64,000 nt of DNA, from positions 1,472,001 through 1,536,000 of the forward strand of contig CAVSGO010000007.1 of assembly GCA_963727525.1 (NCBI GenBank), written 5' to 3'. Position 1 is the stretch's first letter. Every line of letters starts with the position of its first letter. The notes under the pieces were generated by a model. The model worked only from the letters and a program-made list of their open reading frames with translations, searched no databases and had not been told where the DNA came from. This DNA is from an uncultured bacterium (GTDB lineage: Bacteria > Krumholzibacteriota > Krumholzibacteriia > LZORAL124-64-63). The translations under genes and the position numbers were made by a program. Positions 28,640-37,299 of this stretch are shown one piece after another.

Positions 28640-29242
28640 TCAATCCCTCGCGGTCTCGTTGGCGCCGCACGAGCGCAAACGCATCAGGAACATCGCACTC
28701 AGCCCCACGAACCAGAGCGACCAGCCGGCATGAAAGAACCGCTGTTTCAGACCAGGGTACGCCGGAAACAGGTCCGGCGCGAAGGCCGTCAGCCCCAGTG
28801 CCATGACCACGAGACTGACCACGGCGATGGCCCGCAGCCCCACCAGCAACGGTGCCCGTCGCCACATGACGAGCGCCAGGGGCGGCGACAGCAGCAGCAA
28901 CCCCGACGGCGCGCCCAGCAATCCGTGAAGTCGATGGGGCATGGGGAAGATCGCCGCCCCCGCGATCGAGAACGTGAAGGACAGGATCAACAGCACGGGC
29001 GCCGCATCGATCCGCGCTCGCCGACATTCTCGCCACAGTCCCATGACGAACATCGCGCTCATCACGGCGCACACGAGCAAACCACCGGCGAACAACCACC
29101 GCGTCGGCGTCGCGGCGGCCCCCAGTTCGCTGACGAGGTTGCCGACGTGGCTGTACGTGCCGAACCGCGCCGCGCACATCCCCAACGTCATCCAGAACAC
29201 GATCGGCACGATGAAACCCGTCGCGAGGAGCGGTCTTCGCAT
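28640..29242 (-). CDS. DUF998-like membrane protein
   Basis: YSHVGNLVSELGA, FPM..LH, GLKQR; multiple TMs. Confidence 0.75.
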   Translation of the reverse strand: MRRPLLATGFIVPIVFWMTLGMCAARFGTYSHVGNLVSELGAAATPTRWLFAGGLLVCAVMSAMFVMGLWRECRRARIDAAPVLLILSFTFSIAGAAIFPMPHRLHGLLGAPSGLLLLSPPLALVMWRRAPLLVGLRAIAVVSLVVMALGLTAFAPDLFPAYPGLKQRFFHAGWSLWFVGLSAMFLMRLRSCGANETARD

Positions 29243-29265
29243 CGTGGGAACCTCGTATCCCTTCC

Positions 29266-29928
29266 TCACCACACCCCGGGCATGAGCCGATACGGCACGC
29301 GCGCGGCATACGCGGCATATCCCGGCAGATCCCGCAGCAGGAAACGATCCTCCCGGGCCGTGCGCCACACGAGAAGCCCAGCCGCCGCCACGCCCGGGAT
29401 CAGCGCCAGCCACGAACCCAGCGCCACCGGCGTGAGCAGGTTCACGGCGATCATCGCCGCATAGGCCGGATGCCGCACGGACGCATAGGGCCCGTCTGCC
29501 ACGACCACGTGCCCGCGTTCGGTCTGGATGCGCGCATGGCTCGAGAAGAACGCGTTCACCGCCATCGCCCGGTACGCCAGGAGGATCGCCGGCAACAGCA
29601 GCAAGAAGGCCAGGGCCGACATGCCGTCGGCCACCTTCCGCGCCGCGCCGAACCGGACCTCGAGCCCCGCCAGCACCACCATGGCCGGCGCCGCCAGGTT
29701 GAGCAGCGCCACGACCACGCGGTCCCAGGTCGGTGCCTGCGCGCCGGCGGTACGCCGCTCCTGTGCCAGCCCGTCGAAGCGCTCGACCGCACGGGCCGTG
29801 GCCGCCCCCAGCACGAGCATCACCGCCAGGATCAACCAGCCATTCCACCACGCGAGCGTCCCCGCGGCGCCGAACAGCAGCACCCCCATCCCCATCACGC
29901 CGACGGCGACCTTCAGACTCAGCCGCAT
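29266..29928 (-). CDS. Isoprenylcysteine carboxylmethyltransferase (ICMT/PEMT) family membrane protein
   Basis: NAFFS...HVVVADGPYASVRHPAY, EDRFL...GYAAY..RVPYRLMPGVW. Confidence 0.9.
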   Translation of the reverse strand: MRLSLKVAVGVMGMGVLLFGAAGTLAWWNGWLILAVMLVLGAATARAVERFDGLAQERRTAGAQAPTWDRVVVALLNLAAPAMVVLAGLEVRFGAARKVADGMSALAFLLLLPAILLAYRAMAVNAFFSSHARIQTERGHVVVADGPYASVRHPAYAAMIAVNLLTPVALGSWLALIPGVAAAGLLVWRTAREDRFLLRDLPGYAAYAARVPYRLMPGVW

Positions 29929-29938
29929 GGGCCCTCGC

Positions 29939-30166
29939 TCACATCGTGTAGCCGGGTTTGCGAATCAATGTCTCGGCCTTGCCGACGATCTCGGGCCGGA
30001 ACACCTTCTCCGCCCACTCATCCTTCGGCACCTCCTCGATCGCCACCGTCACGACCTCCTCGCGACACCCGACCACCGCTACGACGTCTTTCACGATCAG
30101 ATCGGCAAGCCGCTCCATGTCTTCCGCGGTCTGCCCCGGCCACATCTTCACGATCACGTGCGGCAT
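29939..30166 (-). CDS. 4-oxalocrotonate tautomerase family protein (PptA-like)
   Basis: N-terminal Pro (MPHVIVKMWPG), VAIEEV...W, C-terminal KPGY. Confidence 0.9.
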   Translation of the reverse strand: MPHVIVKMWPGQTAEDMERLADLIVKDVVAVVGCREEVVTVAIEEVPKDEWAEKVFRPEIVGKAETLIRKPGYTM

Positions 30167-30235
30167 ACTGGTCTCCTTGGTCGCTGAACTGCAGGAACTC
30201 CACCGGCGCCCCGTCATTGCCGCGCTTCATCACAT

Positions 30236-30601
30236 TCATCCCGAGACTGCGGGCTTCACCTGCCCGATCCAGAGCCGATTGCCATCCGGATCGTCGATCC
30301 GAAATTCCACCATGCCGTAGAATGTGGTGTCGAGGTCCGGAACGGCCAGCCCGTTCCCTCGTACTTGCGCATGATACGCCTCAACGTCCTCTGGATACAG
30401 GTACAGGACCGACGAACGCAGCGACCCCGGATGTTGATTGATCGATTGATCCACCATCACCCGACACTCGTCCAGGCAAAGCATGGCCCAGCCCCAGCCG
30501 TCATCGCGCCGCTCCACGTCGAACCCGAGCTTCTGATAGAACTCCACGGCCTGCGGCATGCTCGCCACCGGCAACATGGGTATGAGTCGGTTCATCGTCA
30601 T
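30236..30601 (-). CDS. VOC/glyoxalase/bleomycin-resistance family protein
   Basis: LIPMLPV....AVEFYQKLGF, FYGMVEFRIDDPDGNRLWIG. Confidence 0.9.
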   Translation of the reverse strand: MTMNRLIPMLPVASMPQAVEFYQKLGFDVERRDDGWGWAMLCLDECRVMVDQSINQHPGSLRSSVLYLYPEDVEAYHAQVRGNGLAVPDLDTTFYGMVEFRIDDPDGNRLWIGQVKPAVSG

Positions 30602-30714
30602 CGGAATCCTCTCACCGTTTCGAAGTCCTCACAACGTTGCTGTAAACGTGCTGCGTCTAGCTGCGAACGGAACCGCCCCGGCAGACGACCTGGGAATCCG
30701 TCATCCCAAGCTCT

Positions 30715-30762
30715 TGCCCCACTTGACGACTGCCCCACCTGACGACTGCCCCACTTGACGAC
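30715..30762. repeat. Three tandem 16-bp direct repeats
   Basis: TGCCCCACTTGACGAC / TGCCCCACCTGACGAC / TGCCCCACTTGACGAC, head to tail, no spacers. Confidence 0.95.
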
Positions 30763-30791
30763 TATCGTCCGCTGCCCTCAATCTCAGGGAA

Positions 30792-31082
30792 TCAAAGAGG
30801 ATGCTTGTAGTCGACCTCGAAAGTCTGCTCCGTTGGAGGCGTCGTGAAGCCGCCGGACACGCCCTTCTGCAGCGCGGGCAACAAAGTCGTGTCGCGAAAC
30901 GAATCCCAGTTCTCCTTGGAATCGAAGATGGCGACGACCATCCAGCCGCCGTTCGTCGGCCCGGCAGCATGGAAGACCTGTCCCGCCGGGAGCACATCCT
31001 TGCCAGGGTGCGCGGCCGCGATCGACGCCTCGTACTGCTCCTTGGTACCACCGGCAAAGAAATGGACAATCCCGTATGCCAT
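30792..31082 (-). CDS. Small Dabb/ABM-like barrel protein
   Basis: GGTKEQYEA...GQVFHAAGPTNGGWMVVAIFDSKENWDSF; GAGGAGGA RBS. Confidence 0.75.
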   Translation of the reverse strand: MAYGIVHFFAGGTKEQYEASIAAAHPGKDVLPAGQVFHAAGPTNGGWMVVAIFDSKENWDSFRDTTLLPALQKGVSGGFTTPPTEQTFEVDYKHPL

Positions 31083-31129
31083 GTGAATCCTCCTCGTAGA
31101 CGGATTGAATGCGCAACAGGATCACGCCG

Positions 31130-31899
31130 TCAGACAATGCCGAGATCGCCCACTGGCCCTTCCCAGTCGCGCATCCGCTGTGCAGGAACGCGAGACGGAA
31201 GAATAGCGCCCCATGCCCCGTCCCGCTTCCCCCGCCTTCCCACCATCATCCGCCGAACGAATCGTCGTACAGGCACCGGCGTGGGGTCCGGCCGTCCATA
31301 GCATTGCTCGAAGAGGGACCGTTTCCATTTCTGCTCGTCGGTCATCGCCCCGCTGCGTCGCCGCTCGGCCTCGGCGAAGTGGATGATGAAGCTGGAGGGG
31401 CGATCGACGGTCGCGACGATCTCGTAGGGGAAGTACTGGGAGTGCTCGAAGGTGACGAGCCCGTCGATGGCGATGTCCACGAAGGGTGACGCCTGGGACA
31501 CCAGGTGTCGATGGAAGAGGATACAGTGTCGTCCGAGGCGAGCGAGGAGGTTGTCGACGGTCGTCGGCGAGGTGTCGAGGAACCCGGCGATCTGGCGATT
31601 GGCGGCGCCTGAGACGGCGTGCTTGTGGACCTTGGGCAGGAGATCGGCGCGTTTGAGCCAGTAGGTGGTGCGGAAGGTCTGGTCGGAGCAGGTCCTGCCG
31701 CAGGCCAGGCAGAGGTAGCGTTGGACGGTGTAGGGCGGGGACTTTCGGGAGAAGGTGCCGAAGAGCGCGAAGGGCCAGGGTTGGGGCTGAGGCTTGTGGT
31801 ATTTGCAGTTAGGGTTGGGGCAGCGGGGAGGAAGCGAGGGGCATGAAGTGAGGGTTTTGGTGTTCATGAGGACGGGTCCAGGCAAGCGCTGGACCCGTC
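31130..31899 (-). mobile_element. Truncated IS1-like (Zn-ribbon/HTH/DDE) transposase remnant with upstream hairpin
   Basis: CPNPNC..H, QRYLCLACGRTCS, HTH NRQIAGFL, IAIDGLVTFEHS; apparent similarity stops after YGRPDP (~31285); 11-bp perfect inverted repeat at 31871-31899. Confidence 0.7.
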
Positions 31900-31922
31900 A
31901 ACATTCTTCGTGGCACGTTATA

Positions 31923-33101
31923 TCAAGAGACGCAAACGGCAGCAGCGATACTCGCGATATATTGAGCCTTGTCGACCAACCCGGCCTCGACCACGGCCCG
32001 CTCTTGGTCATCGTAACAATTTTGAAGCTGATTGAGCTTGAAAACGACCGTATCGAGCACCGACGTAAGTGTTGTCATTGGAAACCCCGCGCCACGCAAA
32101 GCATTTTCGAGTTGCGCGATACCGCAAATTTCTCGCAGACTGGGATCACTCCTACATTTCCCCAACAACCTTCTCAACTCGAGGAGTCCGTACTTCGATC
32201 CGATCCCGAGAAAAACTCCATATTGCGACAATATCGCCCCACACACATGCTGGAAGTACGAGCGTAGACTCTGAATGTAGTTGATTGATTTTCCCGCTGT
32301 CCGGGCCGACTCGGCGCATTTCAGATGATGCCACGCGCGCTCTAGATTGTAAGCCGTAACGCGAACGCGAGTAGCGTCGTTGACGAGCCAAGGATGCGGC
32401 GGCCCCACGACGATATCCTCAAGTAGGTATAAAAGAGTCTTGTAGCGGATGCCGTAAACATCAAGCGTCCCAACAAAGCGCACGATCTCATGCGACATCT
32501 TACCGAGATTATAAGAACTGAAAAGGTGAGACAACTCGGATCTTGGATCATCTTCTTGCCCCATTCCCAGGATCCTGCGGAAAAGATGCGGCAAGATCAT
32601 ATTCTCAATATATTCATAGTCCAGATCATATTCGACATCATTGTCGACAACTCTCAAGAACTGCTGGTTCGGGTCACCATAGCGACGAATATATGCGGCA
32701 CACCACCATTCGGCCTCCGGGTGGACACATTCGAGATCGCGAATGACCGCCACCACCGCGACTCTCATGTCCGATGTCGTCAACACGCATTTATCCTCGC
32801 GCTCGTCCAACATCAGCGCGAGCATGTTCACAACCCGAAACGGAATTGCGATAGACACCTTCAATGGAATCCCGATGCGCATAAGGGAAGTCACAAGCAT
32901 TTCCGATGAGTATTCGATCGAACGGGCGCCGCGCACGAGCCTACCTGCTGTATTGAGCTTGGTCGCAAACAGATCGTCCGCGCACCGGAACATATCCGCA
33001 AAGCTACTTTCCGTCACCTGTGTCTTGGACAGATAGATATCCCCGCCGGCCACGATGTTTTGATCCCCGTCGATTCCCAGCTGACGCTTGTCGCCCTTCA
33101 T
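31923..33101 (-). CDS. 392-aa protein: N-terminal GGDI motif, ATP-cone-like region(s), HEPN-like helical C-terminus
   Basis: GAGGTG RBS; visibly AT-richer than flanks; YSSEMLVTSLMRIGIP..VSIAI...LTTSDMRVAV (ATP-cone pattern); LERAWHHLKCAE...YFQHVCGAILSQYG (HEPN N-terminal helix pattern). The ORF is well supported; the domain calls are tentative. Confidence 0.7.
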   Translation of the reverse strand: MKGDKRQLGIDGDQNIVAGGDIYLSKTQVTESSFADMFRCADDLFATKLNTAGRLVRGARSIEYSSEMLVTSLMRIGIPLKVSIAIPFRVVNMLALMLDEREDKCVLTTSDMRVAVVAVIRDLECVHPEAEWWCAAYIRRYGDPNQQFLRVVDNDVEYDLDYEYIENMILPHLFRRILGMGQEDDPRSELSHLFSSYNLGKMSHEIVRFVGTLDVYGIRYKTLLYLLEDIVVGPPHPWLVNDATRVRVTAYNLERAWHHLKCAESARTAGKSINYIQSLRSYFQHVCGAILSQYGVFLGIGSKYGLLELRRLLGKCRSDPSLREICGIAQLENALRGAGFPMTTLTSVLDTVVFKLNQLQNCYDDQERAVVEAGLVDKAQYIASIAAAVCVS

Positions 33102-33109
33102 GCGGCACC

Positions 33110-33265
33110 TCACCTGCGAATGTTTATATCCCCACCGGACATGACGTTATTTCTGCCTCGGATCGACAACGTAGTTCTAATCGAGGAAACCGTTCGAAAT
33201 ACGAGAATTGTGATTACAAGCGACGCAATTGACGCTATTGACCCCACGATCGCCAGAACCTCCAT
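33110..33265 (-). CDS. 51-aa single-TM peptide with C-terminal GRNNVMSGGDINI motif
   Basis: GGAGGAG RBS; MEVLAIVGSIASIASLVITILVFRTVSSIRTTLSIRGRNNVMSGGDINIRR; stop lies 8 nt upstream of the next ATG. Confidence 0.75.
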   Translation of the reverse strand: MEVLAIVGSIASIASLVITILVFRTVSSIRTTLSIRGRNNVMSGGDINIRR

Positions 33266-33577
33266 GACATCTCCTCCATTGTTTATGACATCCCTCACCG
33301 CGAAACACCGGTCGATTGCCAGACAACGTCCAGGTTGAGAAGGAAACAGACCTGGCCGAGCCGACTGCAGAACTCGAAGATGCCACCGGATTCCCGCCCC
33401 GGCAAGCATTTCCCGATATTCTTCTCGCGCGGATCTGGCGCAAGCCAGGTGCGTGACAAGTGGTGTTTTCATTGGAAAGCGCTTGGTCCCCAACGAGGCC
33501 TGTTCCTTCCGCGGCAAGCACGGAGGGCTGGGGTGAGGCGGGTCGCACTCAGATCCAAATGCCAGACCCTGAGCGTC

Positions 33578-35077
33578 TCAATCGAAGTGTCTGAGTGCGG
33601 ACCAGAGGCCGGCAGCCGGCCGCAACAGGCCGCGGCAGTAGGTGATCGGGACCCCGGTGTCCTCGTTCCGGAATCCCATGACGCTCTCGACTTCCCCCAG
33701 GGGCCTCACTTCGGAGTACTGCCGCTGGAGCCAATCACGATCGTACCCGATGACGATGAGAGGGTCGAGGGCGGGCGCCTCCTCCCAGTAGGCGTAGCCG
33801 TTGTGGCCGGAAACCGCCGCCGGCAGGCCATGCGGGCGACCGTAGACATCCACGGCACCGGCAACTCCGTAGTTGTTGGCCAGGATCCTCAGGCCGTCCC
33901 GCTCGTCCGGAGCCAGTTGTTCGTACAGGTTCACCGTCTGCACGGCAAGCTCTTCCCATCCGAACATGTTCTGCCAGTCGTCGTGCGGAAGATGCTCCAC
34001 CAGACTACCTAGCTGCGCCGGGGGAATCACAGGGAGGAAGAACGGCACCATCAATACATGCGAGGCCAGCAACCAGACGACCCCCCGCTTCGCGCCCCGG
34101 ATCGTACTGCGTGCCAGATATCGCTCGACCGCGACGGCACCCCCGGCATACAATAGCGGCAGCGTCGGTCCCACGTAGTAGGGCTTGCCGCCCGTCACGA
34201 GGAAGACAGCCCAGGCCACCACCACGGCCACCCCCAGGCTACGCCAGCGACTGCCGGCACCCCGGCCCACCAGGAACTTGAAACCGCCGACCATCAGCAG
34301 CACACCCATGATCGGTCCGGCCTCCGCGGCAGCCAGCAGCAGGAATGTCCACGGCCTGACGGCTTCACCGTCGCGATTGTGAGCGATGAATTCCAGCAAT
34401 GGCCAGCCACGTTCTGCCTGCCAGACGAGCGTCGGCACCGCCGCGATCGCCGCGAGAAGAGCACCTGCCCAGAGCCAGCCAGACCGCAGCAACGCCCGCT
34501 GCGGCGTCAACAGCAAACCCACCAGCACACCGAGTCCCCAGCCCAGGATCGTCAACTTCGACAGGAGGCCAAGGCCGAGCACCAGGCCGAATAGCAGAAA
34601 AAGTCGCCTATCCCCGCCGCCGATGATGGCAACCAGGACCGCTGCGCTGGCCGCCCACGCCAGTTGATCCAGCGAAACCGTCTGGAGCATCGAATTGGCC
34701 AGCAGGAACAACGGTGAAACCACGACAGCCAGCGAAGCGAGGGTCTGGGCGAGCCGTCCGCCACCGAAGCGCCGTGCCATCCAGCCTGCAAGAACGACCA
34801 GGATCGCGCCCACCATGGCCGGCCAAAGACGTAGCCAGAATGGCGAAAGGCCCGCCAGGCGTTCGGTCACTGCTGCCAACCACGGCACCAGCGGCGGTTG
34901 GTCGGGATAGCCCCAGGCCGGATGTCGACCGCACATGACGTAATACAGCTCGTCCCGGTGCAGCGGATAGTGGGTCGCCGTCACCAGGTGCATCAGCAGC
35001 TTGAGGCCCCCGAGGGCGAAGACGAATCGCGAAAGCGGTGCGGAAGGTGCCTCTTCGATCTCGAGTGCCTGGGACAT
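33578..35077 (-). CDS. Glycosyltransferase family 39 (ArnT/PMT_2-like) membrane protein
   Basis: HRDELYY, WGYPDQPPL, many TMs, GKPYY, NYGVAGA..SGHNGYAYW. Confidence 0.9.
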   Translation of the reverse strand: MSQALEIEEAPSAPLSRFVFALGGLKLLMHLVTATHYPLHRDELYYVMCGRHPAWGYPDQPPLVPWLAAVTERLAGLSPFWLRLWPAMVGAILVVLAGWMARRFGGGRLAQTLASLAVVVSPLFLLANSMLQTVSLDQLAWAASAAVLVAIIGGGDRRLFLLFGLVLGLGLLSKLTILGWGLGVLVGLLLTPQRALLRSGWLWAGALLAAIAAVPTLVWQAERGWPLLEFIAHNRDGEAVRPWTFLLLAAAEAGPIMGVLLMVGGFKFLVGRGAGSRWRSLGVAVVVAWAVFLVTGGKPYYVGPTLPLLYAGGAVAVERYLARSTIRGAKRGVVWLLASHVLMVPFFLPVIPPAQLGSLVEHLPHDDWQNMFGWEELAVQTVNLYEQLAPDERDGLRILANNYGVAGAVDVYGRPHGLPAAVSGHNGYAYWEEAPALDPLIVIGYDRDWLQRQYSEVRPLGEVESVMGFRNEDTGVPITYCRGLLRPAAGLWSALRHFD

Positions 35078-35349
35078 GGAGCATCCTCACGAGCCGGTAG
35101 GTGGTGCAACGGCGCCGAGGGCAACCACACCCTCAGCGACACGTCGCACTGAGACGTATTCCCTCCGCAATAGTTGCTGCTGATCGTCGCCTGGCTCAAA
35201 ATACCAGGCAAGCGCGTTCCGCAGCACAGGCTCGCTCGTGGCCATGGACCGCGCTGGCAACGGGTAGACAAAGGCCTCCCTTGCTATCCTGGCCAGGAAG
35301 TCGGGCTCCGGTCCATGACCGACACTCGCGACAGTCAGCCCGCCAGAAC

Positions 35350-35483
35350 CCCCGCACCTTGTCCCGCAATTCCTTCAACGAGAATGGTTTCTGGATGAAA
35401 TTCTCGCCTTCGTCCAGCACCCCGTGATGGGCAATGATGTTGGCCGTGTAACCGGACATGAATAGGATCTTCAGGCCGGGTCG
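35350..35483 (-). pseudogene. C-terminal fragment of a receiver (REC) domain of a hybrid histidine kinase
   Basis: [45 protein letters not shown]-terminal half absent. Confidence 0.75.
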
Positions 35484-35841
35484 TCACCCTCGCCCGCCAT
35501 CGCCGCCATCAGGGCCATACCGTCGTCCTCGCCGCCGCCAACGACCGCGTCAAGAACCTCCTGCATATCACGTCCCTGGACATCGCCCTGCCGACCTACG
35601 ACTCCCTCGCCGCGGCCACCAGGGCACTGCGCCCCGACCCGCCGACGACGTAGGCATCGTGTCCGGACTCGCGAGCAACGTCTCCGACCTTCGAGCGGGC
35701 CGACACGAGGGCGCCGATCTGCTTCCAGGTCACAGAGCCTGAGCCCTCCAGGATCGTCACCAGATCGGCTAGTCTACTCGCGGGGTGGCGCTTCAAAGGC
35801 GCCATGGTGCTCGCCCACAAACGTGCGACTCTTGATGACAA

Positions 35842-36312
35842 TTAAGGCGTCTGTTCGGACGACAGGTGACGTCCTACTTCACCAGCGGCAGATCGCCTTT
35901 CGATCTCGTCGGCCACCGCTCGCGGCACGCACTTCTTGTTGACTGGGTTAAAAAATGTCCCAAGCGATTTCGCCAGCACAATCGCCAAAGGAATTCCTGC
36001 AATGGTGACAAATAGGCCAGCTATTTGTAATATGCAGATCATGGAGAGAATCAATCCGAAGGGAATGTAGACAACAGTCACGACAAAGGAATACGCTTTC
36101 CATACGTCGTTCTGCTTCTCATTCAACGCACTGCGGCTCACCATGGCCTTCGAAAACGGCGCAAGAAGAAACTTTCCGTATTCCATCAGGCCGCGCCCGA
36201 TCGGTGCAGCAATAACCGTCACGGTGAGAATCAGCCCAAGAAGCCAAGTCAGCGCGGCTTGAACGAAGCCAAAGAACGGGAAATGCCACAAGATGTTGCC
36301 CAGAGTCCTCAT
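35842..36312 (-). CDS. YccF-domain inner membrane protein
   Basis: MRTLGNILW, TVIAAPIG, second repeat TIAGIPLA; GGAGGAG RBS; AT-richer. Confidence 0.88.
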   Translation of the reverse strand: MRTLGNILWHFPFFGFVQAALTWLLGLILTVTVIAAPIGRGLMEYGKFLLAPFSKAMVSRSALNEKQNDVWKAYSFVVTVVYIPFGLILSMICILQIAGLFVTIAGIPLAIVLAKSLGTFFNPVNKKCVPRAVADEIERRSAAGEVGRHLSSEQTP

Positions 36313-36351
36313 ATTCTCCTCCAATCTAGACGGTACAGTATTGTGTTGAAA

Positions 36352-36496
36352 ATCCAACGCTCTCGGCCAGGACAGGGGTACACCTGCACATCCCGCCGCA
36401 ACCATGAATCGCTGTGGCCATCCGCCAAGCGTAAGGAGGCGAAGCTGACTGCAGCGGGGTCGGGATGAGCCGCATGCCAGTCCAACCCTGTTAGAT
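36352..36496 (-). other. Degenerate attC-like site
   Basis: R''-like ATCTAAC just after the (frameshift-corrected) cupin stop and R'-like GTTGGAT upstream of the YccF gene; L boxes pair poorly. Confidence 0.4.
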
Positions 36497-36509
36497 GTCG
36501 GGCCTGAGC

Positions 36510-36853
36510 CTACTCTTGCCTGACTATATCGACCGAGATCTCCACTGCCGGAACCGTTCCTCTGTTCTCAAGCCAGTGCAGGTGTTCCTATCCTCGGGCC
36601 AGCCCACTCCCGGCCCATACTCCGTAGCGACCCCATCTCGATGGTCAGTGATCGTTCCCTGCAATATATAGACGGTGCCCGGCCTGCCTATATGGTCGTG
36701 AATCGGGCCGAAGACACCTCCAGGCTCGATGGTCACCAAACGCATTCGAAGTTGGCGCCCCGTCATGCCCTCGATCTCAGGGCCAAGGTCAACCGTCGCA
36801 GGGGACTTCACCGTAACACCTCTTGTCTCAGGTGCCACCTTTTCGTTGCTCAT
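36510..36853 (-). pseudogene. Cupin-domain protein, 1-nt frameshift near 36580
   Basis: LRMRLVTIEPGG...HDH..RPG.VYILQG; a shifted frame continues HWLENRGTVPAVEISVDIVRQE* ending at 36510. Confidence 0.75.
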
Positions 36854-37299
36854 CTTACCCTCCCTTTTCTACCTCCAGGGCCTGACGCCGGCTTCCGCTG
36901 CAAGCAATTTCGAGGCATAATCCTCAAGAACACCATCAATGCTGCGGGCCGTGCTCGCTTGGGTCGAGCTCGTCGAGCAACCTCACATTGGATTCCCCCT
37001 TGCCGTGTCGACGGCTCCACTGGAAATCACAATTGTGACGAGAACAAGCTATTTCAAGAGATTGGCCTCACCCGTTGTTGAAGAGAGATCGAAGGCGCGC
37101 CCTTGTGTCAACCTTCTACTCATCCGACCTAGACCGGATCAGATGTGAGCGCCAGAGTTTCCTTCCGCGACGACCGCATCCCGATTGCCATGGCTGGGCG
37201 GCTGCGAGACCTCCCGTCGCATCCGCCCTCCTTCCATAGTGCTTGGCGGCGTCGATCGACACGGAGGCTGAGAAGACCTGGTCCTCCTCGAGCGCACCT

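Noticed and set aside
30715-30762. CRISPR array
   Set aside because: The repeats are 16 bp and directly adjacent with no spacers; no cas genes in the window
26796-31901. Identical 13-mer CTGGACCCGTCAA at 26796 and 31889
   Set aside because: Several 13-mer matches are expected by chance in 64 kb of GC-rich DNA, and the match does not extend
35596-35841. CCA-adding enzyme/poly(A) polymerase fragment (GHDAYVVGGSGRSAL)
   Set aside because: Only one short motif resemblance, without the RD and DxD residues; insufficient support
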